From the NCBI GenBank assembly GCA_038870455.1, contig JAWCPB010000003.1, positions 1 to 50,076 of the forward strand: 50,076 bases of DNA. The letters are read 5' to 3'. The position numbers were made by a program, and so were the translations under genes. Positions 25,121 through 34,100 of this stretch are shown in pieces. Origin of the DNA: Candidatus Micrarchaeia archaeon. Lineage in GTDB: Archaea; Micrarchaeota; Micrarchaeia; Burarchaeales; JACRGF01. How positions within the stretch are numbered: position 1 is the first letter of the stretch; every line of letters starts with the position of its first letter. A model generated the notes under the pieces. It did not search any database and was not told the DNA's origin. It saw only the letters and a list, made by a program, of their open reading frames with translations.

Positions 25121-26593
25121 CTATGCCTCCTCGAGCTCGCTGCCGGTGAGCGCCTTGACGCACGCGTTGGCCTTCCTCCTGGTCTCAATCCATTCTCCTC
25201 TGGGAGTGGAGTCGAGCACGATGCCCGCGCCAGCCTGGACGAACGCCCTGCCTTTTTTCATGAGCACAGCCCGGATGGCGATGCACGTGTCCATGTTTCC
25301 CTTGAGGTCGAAGTACCCCACCGCGCCGCCGTAAGGCCCCCTCCTCTTTTTTTCCAGTTCCTCTATTATCTCCATCGCCCTGACTTTCGGCGCGCCCGTG
25401 ACGGTGCCGGCTGGGAAAGTCGCCCTGAAGACATCGAACGTGTCGGTTTCCTCGCGCAGCCTCCCTGTGACGTGCGAGACGAGGTGCTGCACGTGCGAGT
25501 ACTTCTCGACGACGAGCAGGTCCGGCACGCGCACGCTGCCGAACTTCGCAACCCTGCCAACGTCGTTCCGGCACAGGTCGACGAGCATGATGTGCTCGGC
25601 CAGCTCCTTCTCGTTCCGCGACAGCTCGAGCGCGATGCGTGCCTCCTCGGCGGCGTCCCTGCCCCTCCCGCGCGTGCCCGCGATCGGCCTCATCTCAATC
25701 AAGCCGTTCTCGAGCCTCACGTGAACTTCTGGAGAGGCGCCCAGGAAATGAAAATCGCCGAAATCGAGGTAGAACAGATAGGGGGAGGGGTTGATTTCGC
25801 GCAGGTCGAAGTAAACGGCGAGCGGATCACGCGCCGTGGTCACCTCCATCCTGCGCGATAGGACGACCTGGAATATGTCGCCCGCCCTGATGCGCTCCTG
25901 CGCGCGGGCGATCGCCCGCGCGAACTCGCCTTCGGAGACGTTGCTGCGTGCGATTGATTTCGGGATGGAGGCATCGAGCGCGAGCTCCCTGCCGCTCCTC
26001 AGCACGCCAACCAGCTTTTCCAGCGAACCGCCCTTTCCCCCGCCGGAGTGCGACACGACGTGCACGCGGTTGGCCTCGTGGTCGAAAATCACGGCATTGC
26101 GGTGGATGACAAAAAAAGTGTCCGGCAGGCGCAGGTCGTCAGGAAGCTTTTCGGGCAGCTTTTCCAAAAAGCGCACGAAATCGTATGCCACATAGCCGAT
26201 GGGGCCGAAGGAAAAGCGCGAGACGCCGGCCTCAACAGAAAGACAGGACATGACTGCCTTGAGGAAGTGAAGAGGGTCTTTTCCTTTGGGCAGGAGAAAA
26301 GCGCGCCCGCTTTCCTTGAATTCCCTTCCAACGCGCTTTTCCACCTCGGCGACAACCGCGCGTTCGCCAGCGATTTCGCATCTCCTTCCCCTGCTCTTTA
26401 CTGCCAGGATGGGCTCGCACACGATGATGGAGAGGCGCGAGAAGCGCTTGCTGAGCTCGGTGGCCCTTGGGTCGAAAATGGATTCGAGGAAGAAGGTGTA
26501 CTTCCGGCCGAAGGCCTCGGCTATGCGCAGGAAAGCCTGCGTGGGCGCCAGCCCGTCCGCGGGAAATTCGGTGACGTGAGCGCTGAACTCCAC
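25121..26593 (-). CDS. trpE: Anthranilate synthase component I family (TrpE/PabB)
   Basis: Contains SPYLFYLDFGDFHFLGASPE, RPIAGTRGRG, EHIMLVDLCRND, ATFPAGTVTGAPKVRAMEII, RGPYGGAVGY and AGAGIVLDS. Confidence 0.85.
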   Translation of the reverse strand: MEFSAHVTEFPADGLAPTQAFLRIAEAFGRKYTFFLESIFDPRATELSKRFSRLSIIVCEPILAVKSRGRRCEIAGERAVVAEVEKRVGREFKESGRAFLLPKGKDPLHFLKAVMSCLSVEAGVSRFSFGPIGYVAYDFVRFLEKLPEKLPDDLRLPDTFFVIHRNAVIFDHEANRVHVVSHSGGGKGGSLEKLVGVLRSGRELALDASIPKSIARSNVSEGEFARAIARAQERIRAGDIFQVVLSRRMEVTTARDPLAVYFDLREINPSPYLFYLDFGDFHFLGASPEVHVRLENGLIEMRPIAGTRGRGRDAAEEARIALELSRNEKELAEHIMLVDLCRNDVGRVAKFGSVRVPDLLVVEKYSHVQHLVSHVTGRLREETDTFDVFRATFPAGTVTGAPKVRAMEIIEELEKKRRGPYGGAVGYFDLKGNMDTCIAIRAVLMKKGRAFVQAGAGIVLDSTPRGEWIETRRKANACVKALTGSELEEA

Positions 26594-26646
26594 AATAAAA
26601 CCACTTCTCCAAATGATTTAAATCAAAACAAATTTAATAGGTGGGC

Positions 26647-26889
26647 ATGGCCGGCAAGAGCGAGAGACAACGCATCCTCAGCGACATCAGGGAATTCGAG
26701 GAGAATGCAGAACGCGTTGCCGAAACTTCTGAAAACGCGGGCGTGCTCGACCTGGCCAAGAGGTACGCGCACGACGCGGAGTACTTTCTCGCCAAGGGCG
26801 ATGCTTTCACTGCATGGGGATGCATCAACTACGCGCATGGCCTGATTGACGCCTTGAGGAATTTGAGATCACGCCAGAAGCGCGGGTAG
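26647..26889 (+). CDS. Small helical protein, DUF357-like
   Basis: Contains AKRYAHDAEYFLAKGDAFTAWGCINYAHGLIDAL, which resembles the archaeal DUF357 pattern recalled from memory and not verified. TATA-like boxes lie at 26620-26640. Confidence 0.45.
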   Translation: MAGKSERQRILSDIREFEENAERVAETSENAGVLDLAKRYAHDAEYFLAKGDAFTAWGCINYAHGLIDALRNLRSRQKRG

Positions 26890-28136
26890 CTTTTCGCCAC
26901 GCACTCGGCTCCGCGGATGGTTGTTTTTCCTTGCGCGCGCAGGGCGGCGACCGCCAGGCTCATTGCGATGCGGTGGTCGGCGTGGGAATCGACGACCGCG
27001 CCGTGAAGAGCACACGGCCCTTTCACGACAAGGCCGTCTCTGGTTTCCCTAATGCCCGCGCCCATTTTCGACAGCTCGGTCGCCATGGCCGCCAGGCGGT
27101 TGCTTTCCTTCAAGCGAAGACGCCCTGCGTGGGTTATGCGCGTCGTGCCCTCTGCGAAACATGCGAGCACAGCGAGGATGGGAACGAGGTCCGGGATGTT
27201 GGCCGCGTTGATTGTTGCCGCGCGCAGGGCAGAGGGAAGGGCGAGCAAGGCTTTTCCCTTCCAGAAAACTTCTCCCCCCATTCTTTTGATAACGTCGTAG
27301 ATCGCGCTGTCTCCTTGTTTTGTTTTTTTCTCGAGCCCCAGCACGCGCACTCCCTTCTTTCCTCCAGCGAGTGTTCCGGCGGCCAACAGGAAGGCGGCGT
27401 TCGACCAGTCTCCTTCGACAACAAACCTGGCCGGCCTGTACTGCTGTGGGGAAACGCGGAAACTCCGGAAGTCCCTGCTCGCCTTCACCCTGACGCCGAA
27501 TTTGCGCATTGCTTCAAGCGTCAGCTCCACGTAAGGCTTTGACTCGAGCGGGGTTGTGAGAGTGATGGCGGTCGGCGAGGCCGCGAGCGGTGCTGCAAAC
27601 AACAGGCCGCTCACGAACTGGCTGCTCACATCACCCCTCAGCGCACATTTCCCACCGGGAATGCTGCCGAAGCCGCGCACGGTGACAGGCGGAAATCCCC
27701 CAGTCGTCTCGCACGAGACTCCGAGCTGGTGAAGCGCGTGGGCGAGCTCGCCCATCGGCCTCCGCAGCAGGGAGCCCTCTCCGGTGAGGGTGACGCGCCC
27801 GTCCGCGAGCGCGGCGAGGGGAATGATAAAGCGGATGGTCGAGCCCGAGAGGCCGCAGTTGATGGGAGCGGAGGGAACCCGGAGGGGGAGGGTGGCTCCC
27901 CTTATCTCGACCGCGCCCTGTTTTCTCGTTATGCGTGCTCCAAAGGCCTTGAGCGCCTCGGCCGTGGCGTTTGTATCATCGCTGTCGAGAAAATTCCTGA
28001 CGGTGCTTTTCCCTCCTGCGAGTGCGGCGCACACGAGCGCGCGGTGCGAAATGGCCTTGGAGGAGGGCGCGCGCACAGAGCCCGTGACGACAGAGGGCAG
28101 TATGCCAACGTTCATGCGCCTGCTTTGTCTGCCCAC
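26829..28136 (-). CDS. aroA: 3-phosphoshikimate 1-carboxyvinyltransferase (EPSP synthase)
   Basis: Contains VRAPSSKAISHRALVCAALA, GLSGSTIRF, LRRPMGEL, LKESNRL and DHRIAMSLAVAAL. An alternative start is at 28115. Confidence 0.9.
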   Translation of the reverse strand: MGRQSRRMNVGILPSVVTGSVRAPSSKAISHRALVCAALAGGKSTVRNFLDSDDTNATAEALKAFGARITRKQGAVEIRGATLPLRVPSAPINCGLSGSTIRFIIPLAALADGRVTLTGEGSLLRRPMGELAHALHQLGVSCETTGGFPPVTVRGFGSIPGGKCALRGDVSSQFVSGLLFAAPLAASPTAITLTTPLESKPYVELTLEAMRKFGVRVKASRDFRSFRVSPQQYRPARFVVEGDWSNAAFLLAAGTLAGGKKGVRVLGLEKKTKQGDSAIYDVIKRMGGEVFWKGKALLALPSALRAATINAANIPDLVPILAVLACFAEGTTRITHAGRLRLKESNRLAAMATELSKMGAGIRETRDGLVVKGPCALHGAVVDSHADHRIAMSLAVAALRAQGKTTIRGAECVAKSYPRFWRDLKFLKASIRPCA

Positions 28137-28170
28137 CCTTTTTATTCTTATTCAAGCCGAATGAAAGAGC

Positions 28171-29244
28171 ATGATGGTGCGGGAGGGCGCAGCATGCATC
28201 TCGCTCGGCAAAAGAGTTTTCTTCAACCCGGAGATGGAGCTCTGCAGGGACGTGAGCTCGCTCGCTGTGGGCACGCTCGAAGGGAAGCTGAACCTCCTTG
28301 ACGGGCTGTGTGCGACAGGAGTTCGGGGAATCAGATACGCGCTCGAGAATGAGAACGTGTGGCGCGTTCATTTCGTTGATTCGAGCGAGGAGGCGATCGC
28401 GCTCGCCAGAAAGAATGCCGAGGCGAACAAAATCAAGCGCGCTTCCTTCACAACCGCCGATTTCAACAAGTTCGTTTTCTCTCGCTCTTTCGACTTTGTT
28501 GAGCTCGACCCATTCGGCTCGCCCGTTCCTTTCCTGTATCACGCGCTCCGTTCTTTCCGGGCAAAGAAAGCCGGCTTTCTGTCCGTCACCGCCACCGACA
28601 CGGCCGTGCTGTGCGGCGCCGAGTTCACGGCCTGCATCAAAAACTATGGCGCGCGGCCTCTGCACAACGAGCTCTGCCACGAAGCCGGAGCGCGCATTCT
28701 TCTCGGCAAAATAGCCCGAACCGCAAGCGAATTCAATCTGGGGACAACCCCCCTCTTTACTCTCTCGAGGCAACACTTCATCAAAGTACTGGTGAGGCTT
28801 GAGCAGGGCGCTGAGGTCGCAGTCGATAGCGCCAAGAGCGCGCTTGCCTTTCTATTCTATTGCCCCAAGTGCCTGCATTCCGAGAGCGCGCGCCGCCCGC
28901 TCGCCTCCGCTTGCCCTTCCTGCGGCTTCAAGGAGAGAGAATGGTCTGGTCCTCTGTGGGTTGGCGAGCTGCATGACAGACAAATGCTCGAGCGCATGCG
29001 GGAACTGAACGGGCAGCGCGCTTACAGGAAACGCAGGGAAATTGACGCGCTTCTGTCGCTCATGCTCGGCGAGGTTGGCTTTCCACCCGGCTTCATTGAC
29101 CTGCATGTGCTCGGGAAAATAAGAGGGGAGGGGCCCAAAAAAGTTGAGGAGTTCATTCGCGAGATGGAGGCTGAGTGCTGGCGGGCGGCCAGAACGCACT
29201 TCAGGAGCACTGGGGTGAAACTGGCAAAATCCGATGTGCATTAA
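28171..29244 (+). CDS. trm1: tRNA (guanine26-N2)-dimethyltransferase Trm1
   Basis: Contains VFFNPEMELCRD, LDGLCATGVRGIRYALE, VELDPFGSPVPFL, LSVTATDTAVLCG and a C-terminal Cys4 cluster (CPKC...CPSC). Confidence 0.85.
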   Translation: MMVREGAACISLGKRVFFNPEMELCRDVSSLAVGTLEGKLNLLDGLCATGVRGIRYALENENVWRVHFVDSSEEAIALARKNAEANKIKRASFTTADFNKFVFSRSFDFVELDPFGSPVPFLYHALRSFRAKKAGFLSVTATDTAVLCGAEFTACIKNYGARPLHNELCHEAGARILLGKIARTASEFNLGTTPLFTLSRQHFIKVLVRLEQGAEVAVDSAKSALAFLFYCPKCLHSESARRPLASACPSCGFKEREWSGPLWVGELHDRQMLERMRELNGQRAYRKRREIDALLSLMLGEVGFPPGFIDLHVLGKIRGEGPKKVEEFIREMEAECWRAARTHFRSTGVKLAKSDVH

Positions 29245-29757
29245 ATTCTTCGGAGCACAAACAGTTCTCCTGCTCCATGCCTGACTCGAGGAAAAGTATG
29301 TATTTGGGCTTTTAAGAGATAGCGCGAGGCTGGAATGCGTTTGGAGAAGAAATAGGCATCAGCCAAAAAGGGTACAGCGAAAGTCGTCTCGTTTTCTTTT
29401 GTGTGTGCGCTGACGTACGCTGCTTCCTCAAGCAGAACTGGCGACGCATCCACCCCGGGAACCAATAGAGCCGCAGCCAAAAGCCCGGTGAGAAACAGCG
29501 GGCTGAAGACGACGCACCCTGCCACAACCCCTTGGAGGATGGGCGCGCGCGACAGCGTGGTGTGCGGTGCCCGAACGAGCATAGGCGCGGCCATAGCCTT
29601 GAGGGGGCTGGTTGATGACGCGCACCCCGAGCTTTCTGGCGATGTGTGGCGTGCGGTCCGTGCTCGAGTCACAGATCACTATTTCTGCGGATGGAGCGAC
29701 GCGTCGGATGGCACGCACGACAAGGGGGAGAGCCTTCTCTTCGTTTCGAGTGGCCAT
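29241..29757 (-). pseudogene. Decayed family-2 glycosyltransferase remnant
   Basis: Only ~60 aa of GT2 N-terminal signature survive in one frame: ATRNEEKALPLVV...AEIVICDSSTDRTPHIARKLGVRVINQPPQGYG. The first beta-strand lacks a start codon upstream, and the DxD and acceptor regions are absent. The reading frame breaks into two overlapping ORFs (29428..29757 and 29241..29672). Confidence 0.4.
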
Positions 29758-29803
29758 ACAACGGACAGTTTTGGCGCCACAACAGAAAATGATAATCGAA
29801 GTT

Positions 29804-30709
29804 TTAAAGCGCTATTTTCAGCCCCAGTTCTTTCTTGAGCTCCCTGTACCGGTTGCGTATGGTGACTTCGGTCACTCCAGCTACGTCCGCAACTTCCTTC
29901 TGCGTTCTTCTTTCTCCGACCATCGCGCTCGCGATGTACACCGCGGCCGCGGCGACGCCCGTGGGCCCCCTGCCCGAGATGAGGCCCTTGCTGATCGCCT
30001 TCTTGAGCAGCTCGATGGCCTTCTCCTGAACCTCGCCGCTGAGCTTGAGCGCGGTCGAAAAGCGTGGCACGTAGTGCGTGGGATCGGTGAGCGGAACGCG
30101 CAGGCCCAGCTCGTGCGCGATGAAGCGGTAGGTGCGGCCGATTTCCTTTTTCTCGATGCCGCTCTGCTCGGATATCTCGTCGAGCGTGCGCGGGATGCCG
30201 TAGTCCCTGCAGATCGCGTACAGCACGGCGGCCACGACGTTCTCGATGAGCCTGCCCCTGATGAGGCCCTTCTCGATGCACTTGCGGTAGAGCAGGGCGG
30301 CCGACTCGCGGATGTTCTCGGGCAGGCCCAGGTAGGAGGCGATGCGGTCGAGCTCGCTGAGCGCAATGGCCAGGTTCCTCTCCATCGAGGAGGCTATGGA
30401 CGCGCGCTTGTGCCACTTGCGCATGCGGAAGAGCTGCGCCTGTTTCTTGCTGGGGATCTTGGCCCCCCTGATGTCGCGGTTATACTGGTCGATCTCGGTC
30501 ACGAGCCCCTTGTTGGGCCTCATGTACTTGATGGGCGCTCCTCCCCGCACACGCTTCTCCCTCTGCTCGGCGTCGAAAGCGCGCCACTCGGGGCCCGAGT
30601 CGAGGATGTTCTCGGCCACAATGAGCCCGCACTCGTTGCAGATGAGCTCGCCGCGCTCATAATCGCGCGTGAGTTTTTTGTTTCCACATTCGGGACATTT
30701 TTCGCCCAT
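29804..30709 (-). CDS. tfb: Transcription initiation factor B (TFB)
   Basis: N-terminal Zn ribbon CPECGNKKL...ICNECG, B-reader SGPEWRAFD, two cyclin repeats and a C-terminal HTH. Confidence 0.95.
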   Translation of the reverse strand: MGEKCPECGNKKLTRDYERGELICNECGLIVAENILDSGPEWRAFDAEQREKRVRGGAPIKYMRPNKGLVTEIDQYNRDIRGAKIPSKKQAQLFRMRKWHKRASIASSMERNLAIALSELDRIASYLGLPENIRESAALLYRKCIEKGLIRGRLIENVVAAVLYAICRDYGIPRTLDEISEQSGIEKKEIGRTYRFIAHELGLRVPLTDPTHYVPRFSTALKLSGEVQEKAIELLKKAISKGLISGRGPTGVAAAAVYIASAMVGERRTQKEVADVAGVTEVTIRNRYRELKKELGLKIAL

Positions 30710-30736
30710 GACACCACTCCTCGGAGGACAAGAAGG

Positions 30737-30745
30737 TTTTTAAAC
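30737..30745 (-). promoter_or_regulatory. Putative TATA box of tfb
   Basis: tttttaaac lies about 28 nt from ATG 30709 on the minus strand. Confidence 0.45.
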
Positions 30746-30761
30746 AGAACGTGGGGAGGGT

Positions 30762-30769
30762 ATTTAAAT
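30762..30769 (+). promoter_or_regulatory. Putative TATA box of the GT-C / GT2-MT / pilin transcription unit
   Basis: atttaaat lies 22-29 nt upstream of ATG 30791. Confidence 0.45.
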
Positions 30770-30790
30770 TTTTTCCTAGCGCATGAGATT

Positions 30791-32239
30791 ATGGAGTGGT
30801 GGAAGCGGGAGGGCACCTGGTTAGTCACGCTGGTCCTCACAGCGTTCGTTTTCCGCTACCCGTTCATCTACACCCTACCGCTCAGGATGGACGAGCCGCT
30901 TTACGCCGAGCACATCGAGGAGTTCATAGAAAAGCCCGGCCTCGTCCCTGTTTTCTACAACACACTCGCGACCTGGAAGCCCATCCTCGCCTTCGCCGCG
31001 TACGCGCCGTTTGTGCTCCTGTTCAAAAGCCTAGGCGTGAGCGAGCCTGACGTGCTTTACAGGCTTCCGGCGGTTTTCTTCGGCGTGCTGAATGCGGTTG
31101 TGATGTATTTCCTGTTGATGAGGATTGATTTTGAAAAACCGCGGCGGGAAGTCGCGTTCCTCGGCGCGCTGATATACGCGACCATGCCGCTGTCCATGGA
31201 GACGGAGAGGTTGCTGCTCACGGACGCGTTCTTCGTTTTCCTCATAAACCTCGCCATGCTCTCATACACAAACGCGAAGAGCCTGAAGTGGCTGGCGGCA
31301 GCGGCGTTCCTCTCGTTCCTTGCCGCATGGACAAAGACCCTCGCAGCGCTGATGATTCCCCTTCTGGCAGTTGCGTACTGGCTCTGGAGGGAGAAAAATT
31401 TCGTGAAAAACCCGCTTTTTCTGGCGTCGCTGGCTGGCGCCCCGCTGGGAATCGCCTCCTATCTGGCGCTCACATGGAATATCCAAGGAATGCGTGGGCA
31501 GGTCGTTTACGACGTCGTGGGGAGGCTCGCCTCATATGGGGGGATGGCCCCGCTCACCGCTATGCAGTTTGTCTCGCTGACTCTCCCTTGGAACGCGTTC
31601 GGCGCGCTCGGGGCTTGGAGGTTCTGGAGAAAAAACGCGTTCTGCTCGCTCTGGCTCGCGCTCGCGGCGCCGCTCTCGCTGCTGGCCTACTTCATGCACT
31701 GGTACTTTCTGCCTGTCATTCCGGCCGTGGCTTGGTTCGCCGCGAAATACCTGGCGCACCCGCGCGTTGATCGGCTAACCGGTTTCGTGGTGGTGTTGTT
31801 GGCGTGCGTGATTTTCCTAGCGGCCACGGTCAACACGCTGATTCCAAACAGGGTCTTTGAGGAACAGAAGGAGATCGGCGTCTACCTGCAGGGAAAAAAC
31901 AAGCTGCTCTACTTCGGCGACTACGCCTCCACGCTCGTGTTCTACGCGCTGCTGGAAAACAAGTCAAAGGATTACAGGATAGTCTATGCGAGAAGCCAGC
32001 AGCTCAACGAGAGCTTGGTGGGGAACGTGACGCGCGGAAACGAGTACCAGTCGGTGGGGATGAACGAGGGGTGGTTCTCGAAAAGCCCGGTCTCCTGGGG
32101 AACGTGGAGGGGCGCTTACGAGTACATCGCTACCCAGCCGGCGGTGTGGGGGAACTACTCCAAATTCTTCGGGGAATACGAGCTCGCCAAGAACTCTTCT
32201 GAAGGTTCATACCAGGTGTTCAGGCGCACGCATGCTTAA
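30791..32239 (+). CDS. GT-C fold membrane glycosyltransferase (ArnT/PMT_2, GT39/GT83-like)
   Basis: About 11-12 TM helices. The first-loop acidic motif is LRMDEPLYAEH. There is a C-terminal soluble domain. Only the C-terminal 482 codons of track ORF 29612..32239 are real, because the upstream part is antisense to tfb. Confidence 0.75.
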   Translation: MEWWKREGTWLVTLVLTAFVFRYPFIYTLPLRMDEPLYAEHIEEFIEKPGLVPVFYNTLATWKPILAFAAYAPFVLLFKSLGVSEPDVLYRLPAVFFGVLNAVVMYFLLMRIDFEKPRREVAFLGALIYATMPLSMETERLLLTDAFFVFLINLAMLSYTNAKSLKWLAAAAFLSFLAAWTKTLAALMIPLLAVAYWLWREKNFVKNPLFLASLAGAPLGIASYLALTWNIQGMRGQVVYDVVGRLASYGGMAPLTAMQFVSLTLPWNAFGALGAWRFWRKNAFCSLWLALAAPLSLLAYFMHWYFLPVIPAVAWFAAKYLAHPRVDRLTGFVVVLLACVIFLAATVNTLIPNRVFEEQKEIGVYLQGKNKLLYFGDYASTLVFYALLENKSKDYRIVYARSQQLNESLVGNVTRGNEYQSVGMNEGWFSKSPVSWGTWRGAYEYIATQPAVWGNYSKFFGEYELAKNSSEGSYQVFRRTHA

Positions 32240-32265
32240 AAAATGCCGCGAGAAAAAAAAGCCTG

Positions 32266-33702
32266 ATGGCCGAAAAAGTCACGCTGGTGCTGCCGGTCTA
32301 TAACGAGGAGCACGCGCTCGAGCACGCGGTGAAGAGCCTAAAGAAGGAGGCTCGGAAGCTGGGCAGACCCTTTGAGATAATAATCGCTGAGGACGGCTCG
32401 GTGGATGGAACATATGGGGTGGCGAAGAGACTGACCCAAGGAAACGTCAGGATGCTGCACTCAAGAAAGAGGCTGGGAAGAGGCGCGGCACTATCCAGGG
32501 CGATTGAAAAAGCGGACTCCGACATAGTCGCCTACATCGACGTGGATCTGGCCTCCAGCCTAGCAGGCCTGCGCAGACTGGTGAGGAGCGTAGAGAAAGG
32601 CGAGGCTATATCGACCGGCTCGAGGATGCTCCCAGGCGCGGCGGTGAAGCGGAGCGCCATGCGGGAAATCGCGAGCAGGGCGTATAATCTCCTCGTTCGC
32701 CTGCTGTTCGGCTCCCGCATTCACGACCACCAGTGCGGTTTCAAGGCTTTTCGCAGAAGCGCTGTGCTGCCCCTGCTCGAAGAAGTTGAGGACAGGCACT
32801 GGTTCTGGGACACGGAGCTACTCGTGCGCGCGCAGGCGAACGGCCTGCGGGTGAATGAATTCCCAATCACATGGAAGGAGGGGGAGGGCTCGAAGGTGAG
32901 GCTGTGGGCGGACGCCACGTACATGCTCGGCAGGCTCATCGCTCTCTGCTTCAAGAAACTGAAGTCGGAAAAAATCAAAGCGGGAAGAAGATTTCCTTCG
33001 CCGAGGGCCTTCCGCGAGTGGAACGAACAGATGTTCAAAAAGTTTAACACCGAGAGGCTCTATCGCCATCCAAACCCGTTTGTGGCGTGGGTGGAGAATG
33101 AAAGGGTGAGGAGAGTGGCCGCGGAAGTTGCCGGAGAGGGAAGCGTGCTCGATGTGGGCTGCGGTGGGGGGGTGATTTTAGAGAAAATTGGTGCCGAGAA
33201 AGCGGTAGGGCTGGATTTATCGAGAGAGGCACTTAGACAGGCGAGGGCAAGGGTGCCAGAAGCAAGGCTGACTTACGGCGACGCGCAAAGGCTCCCCTTC
33301 AGGGATAGCTCGTTCGACGCCGTGGTGTGCTCGGAAATAATCGAACACGTGCCGAGGCCGCGAAGAGTGTTGGAGGAAGCGGCGAGGGTGGCAAAGCCGA
33401 ACGGGAGGGTGATCGTGACGATTCCGGAGGAAAAAAACATCAACAGGGTGAAGGGTTTCCTCAAGCGTCTTGGGCTGTTCAACCTCCTGCTCCCGAATGT
33501 GCCGGAAAGGATGGAGAGCGAGTGGCACCTCCATGCGTTCAGTCTTGAGCTGTTAAAGAAAATCCTGCCGGGAGAGTTGCGTGTAGAAAAAATATTGGAC
33601 ATTCCTCCCCTTTATCCCATCCGAAGAGTTGTGGTTTTCCGAGTGCGAAAAGCTTTTAAATGGAGTGGATGTAATCCTGTTGCCAGAGGTGGTGTTGGAT
33701 GA
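32266..33702 (+). CDS. Fusion: GT2 polyprenyl-phosphate glycosyltransferase (DPM/DPG synthase/ArnC-like) plus class I SAM-dependent methyltransferase
   Basis: GT2 half: LVLPVYNEE, IIIAEDGSVDGT, YIDVDL and HDHQCGFKAF. Methyltransferase half: VLDVGCGGGVILEKIG, and LPFRDSSFDAVVCSEIIEHV. Confidence 0.85.
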   Translation: MAEKVTLVLPVYNEEHALEHAVKSLKKEARKLGRPFEIIIAEDGSVDGTYGVAKRLTQGNVRMLHSRKRLGRGAALSRAIEKADSDIVAYIDVDLASSLAGLRRLVRSVEKGEAISTGSRMLPGAAVKRSAMREIASRAYNLLVRLLFGSRIHDHQCGFKAFRRSAVLPLLEEVEDRHWFWDTELLVRAQANGLRVNEFPITWKEGEGSKVRLWADATYMLGRLIALCFKKLKSEKIKAGRRFPSPRAFREWNEQMFKKFNTERLYRHPNPFVAWVENERVRRVAAEVAGEGSVLDVGCGGGVILEKIGAEKAVGLDLSREALRQARARVPEARLTYGDAQRLPFRDSSFDAVVCSEIIEHVPRPRRVLEEAARVAKPNGRVIVTIPEEKNINRVKGFLKRLGLFNLLLPNVPERMESEWHLHAFSLELLKKILPGELRVEKILDIPPLYPIRRVVVFRVRKAFKWSGCNPVARGGVG

Positions 33703-34040
33703 GTCGGAATACCAGACTGCTTGTCTTGGTGTGCCTGCTGGTGTTCACCCAGGTGGCGGCAGCGCAAATTGTTTCAGCGCTGCAAAACATGTGCCAGACG
33801 ATCAAAGCGATCGTGCCCATGGTGGCCCTGCTGATGTTCATTATTGCAGGAGCAGTGTACGCTGCGGGCCAGGTCATGGGCGCCGAGACGAGGGCGAGGG
33901 CGAACGTGTGGAGCACTGCCATGCTTGTTGGAGGCATTATCGGCCTCATCATAGCAGCGAGCGCGCCGTACTTTGTCCAGATTTTCAGCCAGTTCTCGCT
34001 GGGAAGCACGGCGACGAGTTTCTCCTCAGTGTCCTGCTGA
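33699..34040 (+). CDS. VirB2/TrbC-type (CedA1/TedC-like) candidate pilin: Sec signal peptide plus helix-loop-helix hairpin plus Ser/Thr-rich tail
   Basis: Signal peptide MSRNTRLLVLVCLLVFTQVAAA|Q. Hydrophobic helix 1 is IKAIVPMVALLMFIIAGAVYAAG. The short basic loop is QVMGAETRARANV. Helix 2 is WSTAMLVGGIIGLIIAASAPYF. The tail is SLGSTATSFSSVSC. ATGA overlap with the GT2-MT stop. The call rests on architecture only; no sequence search was done. Confidence 0.55.
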   Translation: MSRNTRLLVLVCLLVFTQVAAAQIVSALQNMCQTIKAIVPMVALLMFIIAGAVYAAGQVMGAETRARANVWSTAMLVGGIIGLIIAASAPYFVQIFSQFSLGSTATSFSSVSC

Positions 34041-34041
34041 G

Positions 34042-34067
34042 TTTTTTCTTTCCCTCTTTTTTTCTTT
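34042..34067 (+). terminator. T-rich archaeal-type terminator/attenuator directly after the pilin gene
   Basis: ttttttctttccctctttttttcttt, followed by a small hairpin AGCCC-CCAGC-GGGCT. Confidence 0.45.
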
Positions 34068-34100
34068 CACAGCCCCCAGCGGGCTTCTTCTCTGAGTTAT

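Noticed and set aside
29612-30790. N-terminal ~393 codons of the 875-aa track ORF 29612..32239.
   Set aside because: This part is antisense to tfb and to the GT2 remnant, is Arg/Ala/Gly-rich and contains no domains. A TATA box and ATG 30791 define the real GT-C gene.
33699-34040. The 113-aa protein as a type IV (class III signal peptide) pilin belonging to the Epd-like system.
   Set aside because: The leader looks like a Sec-type signal (h-region then AAA|Q), not K/R-G|hydrophobic. The two-helix hairpin with a basic loop fits VirB2/TrbC-type pilins better.
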